Source of the DNA: Basidiobolus ranarum
Taxonomy: Eukaryota
Direction of reading: 5' to 3'
Assembly (NCBI GenBank): GCA_040143965.1
Contig: JASJQH010000047.1
Span: forward strand, 1-38,371
DNA length: 38,371 nucleotides
In this document: in pieces, positions 25,167 to 37,370 of the stretch
Layout of the letters: every line of letters starts with the position of its first letter
Position numbering within the stretch: the stretch's first letter is position 1
Position numbers and translations under genes: made by a program
Notes under the pieces: generated by a model
What the model was told of the DNA's origin: nothing
What the model saw: the letters and a program-made list of their open reading frames with translations, nothing else
Databases searched by the model: none

Positions 25167-27157
25167 ATGAAAGAACACGCCTCTCAGAAAGTCGAATTTG
25201 TAAGTACTTTCTAAGCCTTAATTGACCCGAGTGTCCCTAGACTTTCTCTTTCATCCTTTTGATTCTTCATCTTGTATGTTTGTAATATTCCATCTACTTG
25301 GAACACTTTCTGGTAGCATTCTTGCTTTTTGTTATTTTTCTAGCTTAACTTTCTGTCTTTAAAGCAGCTTGATATTCCAGCTGGACTGATGCCTATCATT
25401 CAATTTACTTCTTGATCTTTTTTTTACACTGAAACAGTCAAGTCTAGGATATTATTTGGTTTTCTCGACTTCTTTACATTCATACTTTGTATCAGTGAAT
25501 AATTCTTGTTGGTTTAAAGGAGGATACTAAGGTTTCTGACTTTAATTAGGATTACAACTATCCTCTCACTGGAAACGGATCTCCGCAAGGACTTGGCCTT
25601 GGTCTTCCAGTAAGCACATCTACCGGCAGTATGTACAGTCAATATCCTTCTATGTCAGCCCCATTGATGGTCTCCCCTCCCCAGTACCAGACCTTCAATC
25701 ACCAATATCAAAGTAGTAACCAGTTCCCTTCTGTTCTCCCTCAAATTCAGAATGGTAACTCTTACGGAGGTATGGGTTAGTGTTTTTTAGAAATCATGAT
25801 GCTTCAGGTATTCTCAAACTAATATCATTTTACAGGAAGGACAATCTATGTTGGTAATATTCCTCCTGATACACCGGTGGATGAAGTTCTTGGCCAAGTC
25901 AGAGGAGGCCCCATTGAAAGTATTAAACTATTACCAGAAAAAAACTGTATCTTTATTTCCTTTCTTGACGGAAACAGCGCCAATGCCTTCTATCATGATG
26001 CCAACAACAAGAAAATCATGCTAAGAGGACAGGATCTTAAAGTTGGATGGGGAAAACCATCACCAGTTCCTAGCAATGTCTTAGTCGCTGTTCAAACAGG
26101 TGCTACTCGTAATGTTTACCTTGGAAGTCTTGAAGAGGCAATTACCGAGGATAGCCTTCGAGAGGAGTTGTCGGTTTTTGGGCCCATCGATACGGTAAAG
26201 ATTATTAGGGAAAAGAACATTGGATTTGTTCACTTTTTGTCCATTACCAATGCTGTCAAGTGTGTTACCACTCTGCAATCCGATCCCAAATGGACCGGCA
26301 AGCGAGTGAACTACGGTAAAGATAGATGTGCTCAGCCTACCAAGTCCTCCCAAAACAATGGGTACTTGGCCAACAATGGTGGCAATAATGTCAGTTACTC
26401 CAATGGGTTTAATGGAAACAATCATTTCAATGGGGTATCTTTTGATCCATATTCCTCTAATGGCCTTTCTCATGAAAATGGTGCTCAGTATTCCCCTTCC
26501 AATTTCGGAGGCGTCGGGAATAATCGCACCATTTACCTCGGTAACATCCACCCTGAGACTACTTGCGAGGACATCTGTAACGTTGTTCGTGGTGGAATTC
26601 TTCATCAGATTCGTTTCATGACTGATAAGCACATCGCTTTTGTTAGTTTTGTTGATCCCAATGCTTCAATGAATTTCTACAACCTCGCCAGTTATACTGG
26701 TGTCGTGATCAAAAACCGTAGATTGAAAATAGGATGGGGTAAGAACACTCCACTTCCACCTGCTGTTGCGATGGCTGTTCAGTCAGGGGCCACACGCAAC
26801 GTTTACATCGGTAATATTGACGATAGTATTACTGAAGAGAAGCTAAAGCAAGACTTTTCAGTGTTTGGAGAGATTGAGCTTGTCAACACCTTGAAAGATA
26901 AGAATTGTGCATTTGTAAACTTTACCAACATACTTTCAGCTGTCAAGGCTATCGACGGAATCAAATCCAACTTTGATTATGCCAACTTCCGTATTAACTA
27001 CGGTAAAGATCGTTGCGGTAATCCTCCCAGACCACCCAAAAACGGGACTGATGTGGATCTTACGAACGGATTCTCCGCCTCTAGTACTACCGATAATTAT
27101 ATCGGAGGTGGCTCCCTCTATGATGGAATGATGAACGGCGTTGCCCGGGGCGTTTAA
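25167..27157 (+). CDS. Four-RRM RNA-binding protein, S. pombe Nrd1/Msa2 and S. cerevisiae Mrn1 type (~524 aa, 3 exons)
   Basis: Exons 25167-25199, 25550-25769, 25836-27157. Two tandem RRM pairs (RTIYVGNI/LKVGWGK/GATRNVYLG/VNYGKDRC and RTIYLGNI/LKIGWGK/GATRNVYIG/INYGKDRC) separated by an Asn/Gly-rich linker. Exon 1 is the least certain part. Confidence 0.9.
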
Positions 27158-27688
27158 AAATCACTTTAATTTTCTTCGTCCGTTTCGAGTAAATATTTTC
27201 CTCTTTTATTCTTTCATAGATACTATCACTAGTCTCCACACCCTTCAAGTTTACACCCTTCTATTTAGTTTCTTCTACCATCATCGCTTATTTACTTCTA
27301 TAAACATCATGCATCCTTTAATCTAAGCCATTATTTAATAAAAGTAACTCATGGCCTGCGGCCACTTTATTGATATGATAAGATATGTATTTAGTACATA
27401 GTTTAGTACCTACACTCTCACTTGACACCGCACCATTTAATCGTAGGTTAGGGTTAAAGTTAAGCTTATCTTCTATTTGCAGAGAGTTTCCATATCTATC
27501 ACTCGTTGAATTTGAGGGTTAGGTGAAGTATTTTCTTGAGAAATACTCGACTGCATGAAACAACATTATTGTGACGTTTTAAATAGATTCCATCTCACTA
27601 TAATTGCGTAAAAAAATTACTGGTATTGATTTTGAGATAAATCAAATATTAGATTCTTAGCAAGTTAGTATTATGAATATAGTACAGC

Positions 27689-28744
27689 ATGTTTAGGAAA
27701 GGTCATCGAATCGGAAGGATACTTCTACATAGAGAACTTGCGTCATGTATACCCAAGCGCTCGCTGTCTACTACGACCACGGTAATAAGTATCGCGCTTG
27801 GCATTCCTTTAGGAATGTACACTTACAAATCGGTAATGATGGTCTTATTTCAAAATAAAATCATATATATGCCATATCTACCTCCAGGTGCCAGACATGA
27901 GACTGAGATACCTAAAGCTAGCACGAACTACTATTTTAGAAAAGAAAAACTCCAGACTATTGATAATTGTACACTTGAAGGGATCAGCATTGCGAATAAA
28001 GAGGAAGAAGAGAGAAAACCCAACCAGGTTCTTGTTTATTTCCATGGGTATGAAATATTCTACCAGAAATAGAAATATTCCATCTATTCTATAATAACCT
28101 CACGTTTGTTCTACAGAAACGCTGGTAATGTTAGTCATCGTTTTCCTGTATTCAATACAATTCTTCGAGCTTTACCCGATACAACTATTGTGTCTTTTAA
28201 TTATCGAGGGTATGGCGGTTCAACTGGTTCACCTAGTGAACAAGGACTTCAACAAGATAGCGTTTGCATTCTGTCCTATGTTCAAAAAAAATTCCCCAAT
28301 TCTCGAGTAATTCTCTATGGGCATAGTTTAGGTGGTGCAGTAGCAGCGTACTTAACACATCAAGTTGAAACCAACCCCACTGAAGTCAATCATGTTGTTG
28401 GTTTGATACTAGAAAATACATTTACTTCCATCACTGGGATGGTATATCATCTTTACCCAGCATGGCTTCCATACCGTTACCTCACGAAATGGTTTCTTTG
28501 GAATCGATGGGACACTGATACCTTGATGAAGCAGATACATCGTACACCAGTATTAATTCTGACTTCAGAACGAGATGCGATAGTTCCCACTGAAATGATG
28601 AACACTCTATGGGAATCCTTGGAACCAAATGAATCATTCAACCGTTCCAAGATAGTGAAGTTCCCTTACGGTACTCACGAGGATACCTTTAAACAGCCAG
28701 GATTCAAAAAGGAGATCCGCGATTTTGTCAACTCTATAAGATAG
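27689..28744 (+). CDS. Bem46/ABHD13-like alpha/beta hydrolase (~328 aa, 2 exons)
   Basis: Removing intron 28048-28116 gives FHGNAGN. Also NYRGYGGSTGSPSEQGL, nucleophile GHSLGG, ILENTFTS, acid DAIVP, His in GTHED, and an N-terminal TM followed by FQNKIIYMP. Confidence 0.9.
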
Positions 28745-28922
28745 TTTAATCAATAAATGAAAGTTTTATTGAATTTCGTTTGGATGAAATGCTCGTTCTT
28801 TCTCTTCCAAATCAAGAATTAAAATGGTAAATATAAAAGGATTTTTAACATGAAAGTGATGGGAATACTTAGGGTTGTGATATGAATGAATGCAGTGTTA
28901 AAATATGTAGAGATGAAAAAGA

Positions 28923-31900
28923 TTATAACTTCAGTGCTAGTCTGTCTTGTGGATATTTCCGTTTCGCATACTCACGAACAGGCCCGAGAACGACCACGAC
29001 TTGCCAGAAGATACCAACTGCCATATTGGCTATGCTGAGACCCCACAGCTTCCATCTGAAGTCAGTAGGATATACATTGTGTCCCTGTGGCAGACTGTAT
29101 GGCTCGATGTACCAGCTGGGACGGCCATATCCAATCTCTTCAAGCACTTCCGGAGTACCGCAATTCAGGCGCAATAAACAGCCAAGTCTGTTAGGATCTG
29201 CCAATTGAGAGTACATTACGATAATCAAGAATCCAACCCAAAGGATCAAGAGTTTCCAGTTTCTCCACCAGGCTGCACGATATTTATGTCCAAAATTGAA
29301 CACCATAGCTACGTTAACGAATTGATATAAGGAAACAAATGAAGCAGTTTGAGATTCGTAGTTATCTCCTAAAAGCCACCATTTGGAATAGTCAACAATA
29401 CTCGAATCGAATTCGTTACAACGATACCAACTTTGTTGTCGAAGGAACACAAATGCACCAATAAAGAACAGATGATTGATAACAATTTGCCCAAGTACTG
29501 AGGCTAAGGTCTCAGGACCAAGAATACGAGCAGTAGGCCGAGTATGGGCTAGTCTAGTGGCTGCATGTGATTGGGTAACAGCCCAGGCGAGTCCAACGGT
29601 TACAAAGGCATCGACCATGATCCACACATTTTGAGATGGCTGCATGGAGTAGTAGAAACTGAAGATCTTTACCCAAGCCATTGTTTGTCCGTACATAATA
29701 AGATACTTGTAAGCAGCGAAAGAGGTAGCTAGAGCAGCCCGTCCTTGTTTCAAGAGTTCTACGCAGGATACAATTGAGCGTGTGCTACTGCTAAATGGAG
29801 AGACAATAGAGGCCTCAGCTTCGCTTAAAGCAAGTCCAACATGAGAGGCACGAAGGGCACCACAGTCATTACCACCATCACCGCACATAGCCGTGACACC
29901 ACGTTCCATATGTAATTGTACGCATTCAACTTTGTCATTTGGCTTCATTCTAGCGTAAACACGGATATCCAAGAGATATTTACGAATAGAATCGTCTTCC
30001 ACCATGTAATTAAAGGCTTTGTTGGTAACTGCTAGTTCAACTGGAACATTGAACTTGTCTTTTACAGCTGTCTCCATATCTGCAACCTCACCGGTATCAG
30101 CATCAGTCCAAATAAGACTATCTCTTGATAGATCTCCGAGAAGCACACGATTATTAGGCGGAATCATACCACATTGACGAGCAATGTAAATACCAGTCAA
30201 AGCAGTATCGCCTGTGATCATGACTGTACGAGTACCACCCTCCTTAAGTTGTGTGATGGAATCAGTAGTGTCATCCTTAAGCATGTTCTTGAAAAGAACA
30301 AGTCCCATCAATCTAACTTGGCTCTCCATTTCTTCACGAGACCATTCAAGTATAGAGTTTGGATCGATTTTACCCAAATCACGATGGGCCATAGCAAGAA
30401 CATAACACCCTTCCATTGCTAGCTTATTACACATAGTATCATAATCTTCAGGAATAGAGCTAGGATCACATAATTCTTTCACTTTCTCAAACGATCCTTT
30501 GACATATACGTGTACATGCCCAGTTGTGGGATCAAGAATGGCTACGGACATAGCGGCACGGGCGTGAACAAATTCGTATCTTTTGACCACTTGAATTGGT
30601 ACTGCGTTAGGTTCTTCGGTTGGAGTCAAAGTATCCAAATAGTTTCCCTCTGCCTGTGGAGCGAGTTCCCATTTGGTAGAACGGAACATTTCAATATCAA
30701 CCGGGTTACCAATTAATTGATCATTAACCTTAGTTACGGTATGACAAGTGGCAACACCAAGACGAATAATACGAGCGATATCTACGAATTTGCCATTTCT
30801 TTCCAGGAACTTGGGAGTGGAATGTTTATCAGCAAGATCAGTATGATCATCACCATAAGAGTTAATAGGTTGAACTCCATAAAACTCTAGACCTTCCTTA
30901 GTTAAGGTACCGGTTTTGTCGAAACAGAAGATGCGGACCTTACCGGCGATGATGATTCTTGGAAGATCAACGCAAAAGATTTTCAACTTACGTAGACGAC
31001 TGGCTGCAACACTTTGGCCAACAACTAAAGCTGCTGGAAGTAAGGGAGTGATAATCTGAGAAATAGTAAACATGCCGTAGAACCAAGCAGCAATATCACC
31101 TCTGCCTCCTAACCAAAGAGCAACTCCAAAGCAAATCAGACCGTAAACAAGAAGTACAGCCATCACAATGCGTAATTGCTCATCAAAGATGAATAATATA
31201 GGATTGGGGAAAAGAATTTTACGCACAAGCTTTCCTTTATCAGTGGAGGTGTTGGTGCGTAGTACTAGAGCGGTAACCTTTTGTTGGTTCCCTTGACCAA
31301 TAGGGGTTGCTTGAGAAATGGTAGTACCAGCGTATAAAGTATTGTTCTTGCCGGATCCAGATGGGTCATATTCCGTGTTGTCATCTTTTAAAGGGAACTT
31401 ACGAATTGGTAAAGGCTCTCCAGTAAGTGAACTCTCATCAGCAACAATATTACCACTGATCACAATACCATCGCAAGGTACAGCCATATCTTTGGTAACT
31501 TCGAAGACATCTCCGGGTACAAGTTCAGCTGTAGATAGCTCTTTCCATTGACCATCACGTAGCACCAAGCAATCACTACGATGTTCAGCCATTTTCTTAA
31601 CACGATGCTCTGAAGTAAGTCTCGTAACTACGCGGATCAAAGAGGAAATCAAAATTACTGCAGTATCAACAATACCGATGTAATAGTAATTGTAATAGTA
31701 GAACAACCAAAGAATCATAAATTGATACAGGTAGAAAAATGAGGTAAATTCTTGCAACAGTGCCACTGGAAAGGAGGGAACTTTCACACTGATGAAGTTA
31801 CTTCCCACAAGTTCTTTTCTACGAATAGCTTCCTCTTTTGTCAACCCGTTTACTTGTTGGAGTAGATCGTGATTGCTTGTGCCTACATCAATCTGGAATG

Positions 31901-33182
31901 GCTTATAGTCTTGAATCTCATCATCAAATACGAAGCGAGTACACTGAAATTCAAAGTAACGACGTCCAAGGGTAGTGGCCTGTACAGCACAGGTAGTAAC
32001 ATGATAATCCCAACCAAAGAAATGTTTGAGTTTAGCCTCCACGTTGCGAACAGCAATTAAAAGGCGACTGTGATCGTCCAGAAGAATATTGGTTTTCAAT
32101 TCACGCTCGAATTGAATATAGTTAGATTGATTAGGATGACTTTGAATGCGGAAGTAGTTGCGAATGCGTGCACGAAGAATGTTGACCCCAAGCAACCAAA
32201 AAGCGGAAAAGTACCACACAGAGACGAATACATTAGAAGAGAGAGTTCCATCCAGTTTGGTAAGGCCAAATGGTGCTCCAGTGATAGTACCGTAGTAATC
32301 ACCTGTAAGAACGCCCATCCAGACAAACCAGCCAAGTACCATGAACACGATCGACCAGAAACCAATAGTTCCGTAAAAGTTGTTATTATATCCTTTGATG
32401 AGGAAATCACTGTTGTCTTGATCTTCATCAATCTCAACCTGATCCTTCTTTGATTTTTCATTGCGTTGGTCTTTTTCGGTCATTTGTTGCTCACTTTCCT
32501 TACGGCGGGCCAAATCTTCTTTGCGGATACCTCTCTCGGCGAAAGTTTTGTAAAGGTGCCAGGTAACCAAAAGGAAAACTTCGATACCCAAAATAGTCCA
32601 AATTCCAATCCACATTGGTTCAGTATACGAGAACTGTTGAACATGAGTTGACTTAGGACAGGTAAGCCATATCTGGTTACCAGTAACGCCTGCAGAAACT
32701 TGAGGGATATTACTAATCCCCATTTTGGATGCACATACTTCGGCGGTTTGAGAATCGACTTTCTTGGGATCAAATTGGGGAATGTCCACCCATTCACTTT
32801 CTTTGCAAGGGAAGTACTGCTGACTTAATTCAATCCCTGGGCAAGCGCACTTACTGACGGATCCAGAACATGAACTTTTACACGAGCCATCAGGACAGTA
32901 ATTTTGTCCTTCAGGACAAGAGGGTCGAATCGACTCGGGGCATTGACTGATATCATTCACGCACATAATAGGGCACATGGCATGCTTCCTTGTACCCAAA
33001 GGACAGGTTTGACCACTAGCACTTTTCTCGTTAACTGGATTAAACAAAATTGATTAGATGAACGGTCACTTCTATGACAAAATATTCACATCTTATTTAC
33101 TTGGAATCAAAGGAACGGAGTTGACTTGTAAAGCCAAGACCATCATGGCTATAAGCCAAGTTACATATGTGGACGCTATCAT
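28923..33182 (-). CDS. Atypical P5-type ATPase with signal peptide and Cys-rich N-terminal domain (~1397 aa, 2 exons)
   Basis: Exons 33182-33101 (GCTGCC ATG context) and 33034-28923, total 4194 nt. P-type motifs: DESSLTGE, DKTGTLT (30900-30920), YVKGSFE, MITGD, VYARMKPNDK, MCGDGGNDCGAL, ASIVSPFSS. The C-terminal TM region (NYESQT...GHKYR) is P5-like. Confidence 0.92.
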
Positions 33183-35860
33183 GGCAGCGGATCGAGTGTT
33201 TGTTATGCACGATCTCTTCTTATATTCAGTAGGGAAGGAGGGAGAGTTGGGAGCTTTCAGTAGATAATGTGCAGAATAATAGTCGATGCACTCTTTCTAA
33301 TAAGCTTTGCCTATGATGTGTTTTGTAATGCATCAAGTCCCTCTGCCTGTGCTTATATATTGCCAACTTCCATATTAATTTGATTCTCATTGGCTCAAGT
33401 CCTACGTAAATTAGGGTTTCCTTTAAATGACTGTGACTTAAGTAATTACCAAACTAGAAAGTCCTCATTATCTTCTTTCGGATATGTCAAAGTTTATTCT
33501 ATCTTAAAAATTCTATTCAGTAACTATTTAATTTAAGAGTAATCAAAATATACAATTGGTATATGGCGATAGTCGGTAAACTCTCACTGTATTAGAATAC
33601 GTCGTGACCAAGTCAATTGATATATTCGCTTAGTGTTGCAATTAGAAAGTAGTTAGAATTAACGACTGTCACAAGCTAACGCTGGGTATATGTTGGAGAG
33701 ATTTTGAGAAACTTTAACTCCACTTCGTGCAAATACCAAGCCGATAATAATGCATCTTTCATGTTTATTCATATTAAGCTCTACTATTCCAAATTGGGCA
33801 GCCTAATTGGTCCAATACAAAAACCCATTGACTGGCTACGATTTATCAAAAAACCACTCTTTTGCTGATATAGATATCATGTAGGTTACAATTTCTCCAG
33901 CAATACGTAAACTCGTCGTAACGATAGTCGTCATTCGGTTCTTCGATAAAGTACTAACATAAGGTTTCACAACACCTTGGATTCAACCAAGCAATACATT
34001 ATCTATAGGAAACTGCACATTAAACCCATGTAGGTGTCCCAGGTATCTGTGCGACTTTATTCTTCAACATTATTAGAATTGTGAATCTATCAAGCTGAAA
34101 CCCATTGCCCGAGTAACTGATTGCGAAATGGTGATGTCATGATGCCAAATATGGATTAAGATTAGAGTTGGAATATCCCAAGAGCTGTCAAAGTCGAATG
34201 ATTGCGTGTGGAGAATTATATTGAATTGTAAGCTATAGATTATATAAAAAGTCAGGGGATATGTTTCAATTACTTGGCTTGAGGAATACATCTCGATCAC
34301 GATAGAAAAATCACTTTGCAGTTGTTATCTGCTTCTCGTGTTTAATGTAGACCAGAGGAATTATGATGACGATCTGATCATACTGTTTCACTATGTATAG
34401 TGCTTCGTTCTTTCCTGAGGAAGCATGTCATCCTCTGGATAAAAGGATGCAATTTCTTGCAGCCGAGTTCGTACTCAGTACGATGCAGATTCCAAATATG
34501 AACATCCTCGTTCAGATACTGACGCAATATACTTCCTGAAATTGAAACAACAAAACAGCTGTCCTCATTGGAATACTTTCCAACTCTGGATATTTAGCGC
34601 CAGAAGTAAGTACAGGATAGAGACACCAAGGAATTATCGTTCGGGACCAGCCTAATTGGAACCTAGGTCTATCATCATATGCCATATTACTGGGTGTGTT
34701 GTTCACTGTAATGATAACGCAGATAACATTCATGCTTTAGTTCCCCGCACTGCTAGTAAGAGCATGGTAAGTGCAACTTACAATATGTACTTGTCCTACA
34801 CCAAAAGAGTACTCACTTTCCGGTATCCAGACTCTTCATAGATACGTATTATTTGCAAAAGAAATAATTATCGACAATTGAAAAAGTAACCATAGTCTTC
34901 TGAAATTGTATGAAGTCATAGCTGTTAGGATAGTTTCAACGAAGTAAATGACCTTCACAGATAATAAAGTGGACATCTGAAATTCTGCTATCCAATAAAA
35001 GTCATACCATTTTTACTTGACTCACGGGACCATGTTTCTAATGAGCGGAGTTATCAGATGGTTTGCGATCTCTTAGTGATCATGTTTCTATCTTAGCAAA
35101 CATAGTATGGGAATATTCGGTACATATGGAGGTGGAATTACTATTTGCCATCCCTGAGAAACAACCGAGTGTTTGACCAGGATATTCCCAAGATCATGCA
35201 CTTATATTTCCTCTGTAAAGGGCTACTCGAAGTGTAATCCTGTCTTTTCTAAAATAAGCAGAGGGTTGGTGATTTTCAAACATGAAAAGGTGCCGTAATG
35301 ATTGCTTATCAAGATAACATATGCGGCCAAGCTAAAAGCAATTTAATTTACATAACGCTGATTCGTAACTTACATAACTATTTATATTATTTCGGCACAA
35401 TAAAAATTCGTAGTCTGGCCCGACAGGATGGTTGTTCAGTTTCTAATTTAGGAACACTCAGTGACCCATCAAATAGTAGGTTCACACGGACCATGATTAA
35501 GTTATCTACATTTTATTTAGTTTGAAAAGCTTATTGCATATTTATCGATGGACAAATTCTATTCCCAAATAACTGCGACTTAATGGTGATAATTTGTTAA
35601 CAGTAAATAACTTCATTTGGATATGTCTCTCAAATGCTGGTTTTATAAGGTAATCATTGAATATCTTTTACTATACGTGGATTCACTCAACAATTACAAA
35701 AGAGTGTTCGATAGTTGGATATGTAGCTGCGAGTACTCAGAGGACACAATACTGGTATATATGTATGTGTTATAAATATTCGAGACAACAAGAAATGCTT
35801 CAGATATTTATGTGATTTACACTTATTGGATTGAAAATGAATAGTATTCTTAATGAGAGT

Positions 35861-36131
35861 TGTTGGAAGTGATTTGGAGAACTAGAAGATGATTTATTGA
35901 GTGTAAATTGGCATTTATACTTTTGTCAAGAGGTAGGCAAACCAACATGTAGAATATGTTCAGGAAGGTCCTAGAAATATGTGAACAAAGTTTGGGGTCT
36001 CTTGGACAAGTTTGAGAACTTGCATGTTGATCTCAATATTGAGCGTAAACTTCTCATAAAGATATTGAATAATAACATAGTGAAAGATGGGTAGTTAACT
36101 ATATGGATGCTTAAGTTATGTCATTTTCAAC
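35861..36131 (+). repeat. Diverged repeat copy 1 (inverted relative to 37371-37698)
   Basis: Shares colinear blocks with the reverse complement of 37371-37698: TGTTGGAAG, TGATTTATTGAGT, an exact 20-mer CATTTATACTTTTGTCAAGA, AAGGTCCTA, TGAGAACTT and ACTATAT.GATG.TTA. Confidence 0.8.
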
Positions 36132-36999
36132 AGATACTGCATGTACTTCGAACTAAAGGTTGAATTGTTAAGTCAAGTACCTAAATATTCCTATATCTTG
36201 TTTAGCTTATTTATTGCTATTTTGAATAGATCCTAGAAATGCTGAGAAGAGACAGAATTTCAAGTTCATTCAAACGTTTCTACCTACTTTTATTGGTACC
36301 CTAGGAATATATCTTTGTTATCAACATACTCATAAATAGTCATTTCATTTCAATCAACAAGCATTCAGTATTACCCTCATATAACTTCCAAGTATCCTAA
36401 ATACTTTAAAAGACTGAAACTATAGTCATATCTATAGTATTCAATTATAAACGGTGAATCTTCAGTAATGATCTCATTATTTTTCACTAATCTTTTCAGT
36501 CAGAAATTTAGGAATACTCATACCATAAATTTGCTTTTCTAAGATAATGCGTTACTTTACTTCAGTATCAAGACATGGTATAGACTAGAATATGGTAATA
36601 TAACCACCCAAAATATGGCTGAATGAAATAAATTATGAAATCGCTTGAAATATATATATTGTAGATACAACTTACGGTGGCAATTGTTTCTGCTTCATAA
36701 GGCAGTTGAAGAGATATTTAAAATATATCAACAAGCAACTTGATATTCACTCAATTCTCGTTACTATGCCAAAGGTAGTTTTATCCCAAATTGTTCAAAC
36801 TTTTGCCTTGCACGTTCAACTTGAGTTCATCCAGAATTTGTCCCTACCATTGAGGATAATCCTCTCTCTTCTCTACAAGATAAGAGTCGTCAATACAATT
36901 CGAACTAAGCTTTAACTGACCAGATTAGAGCGGTTTAATATCAAGAAAACCCATCAAAACTATTACTTCAAGGAAATTATTTTTGCATGAATCACTCAC

Positions 37000-37174
37000 T
37001 ATTCTCAATCGGAATTTACTCGGAATATTTTTACCAACTTGGAAGTTCTCAGATATATAGATACTTCAAACTGGTGATAGAAGCCCCAAACTTTGCACAC
37101 ATGTTCCTGTTTAAGTATTTGGGAGCCTGTTGGAGGTGGTTTGGAGAAATAGAGAAATTAGTGGTTTTCACTTA
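37000..37174. repeat. Chimeric repeat copy 2: a direct fragment joined to an inverted fragment of copy 3
   Basis: 37000-37106 matches 37457-37564 directly (GGAATTTACT, ACCAACTT.GAAGTTCTCAGATAT, TGCACACATGTTC). 37108-37174 matches the reverse complement of 37652-37718 (AAGTATTTGGGAGCCTGTTGGA...GAGAAATAGAGAA...GTGGTTTTCACTTA). Confidence 0.85.
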
Positions 37175-37370
37175 CAAAGAAACCCCAAGTGTATCAAGCA
37201 AAGAACCAAAATCAATACTTTTAGTATATGATACTTTTTTATAATCATTGTATGATAGATCAGTACCTCACTACTTGACATTTAACCAGTAACATTTCAT
37301 TCTGTTGGAGGGCTTGAAAAAGATGCCTTGTTATATATCAATATTTCTGAATTATGTGATGTTGTGAATT

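Noticed and set aside
26081-26632. 183-aa antisense ORF in the RRM gene
   Set aside because: A shadow of the coding strand with no independent protein features.
33058-33267. 69-aa plus-strand ORF upstream of the ATPase
   Set aside because: It is antisense to ATPase exon 1 and the intron.
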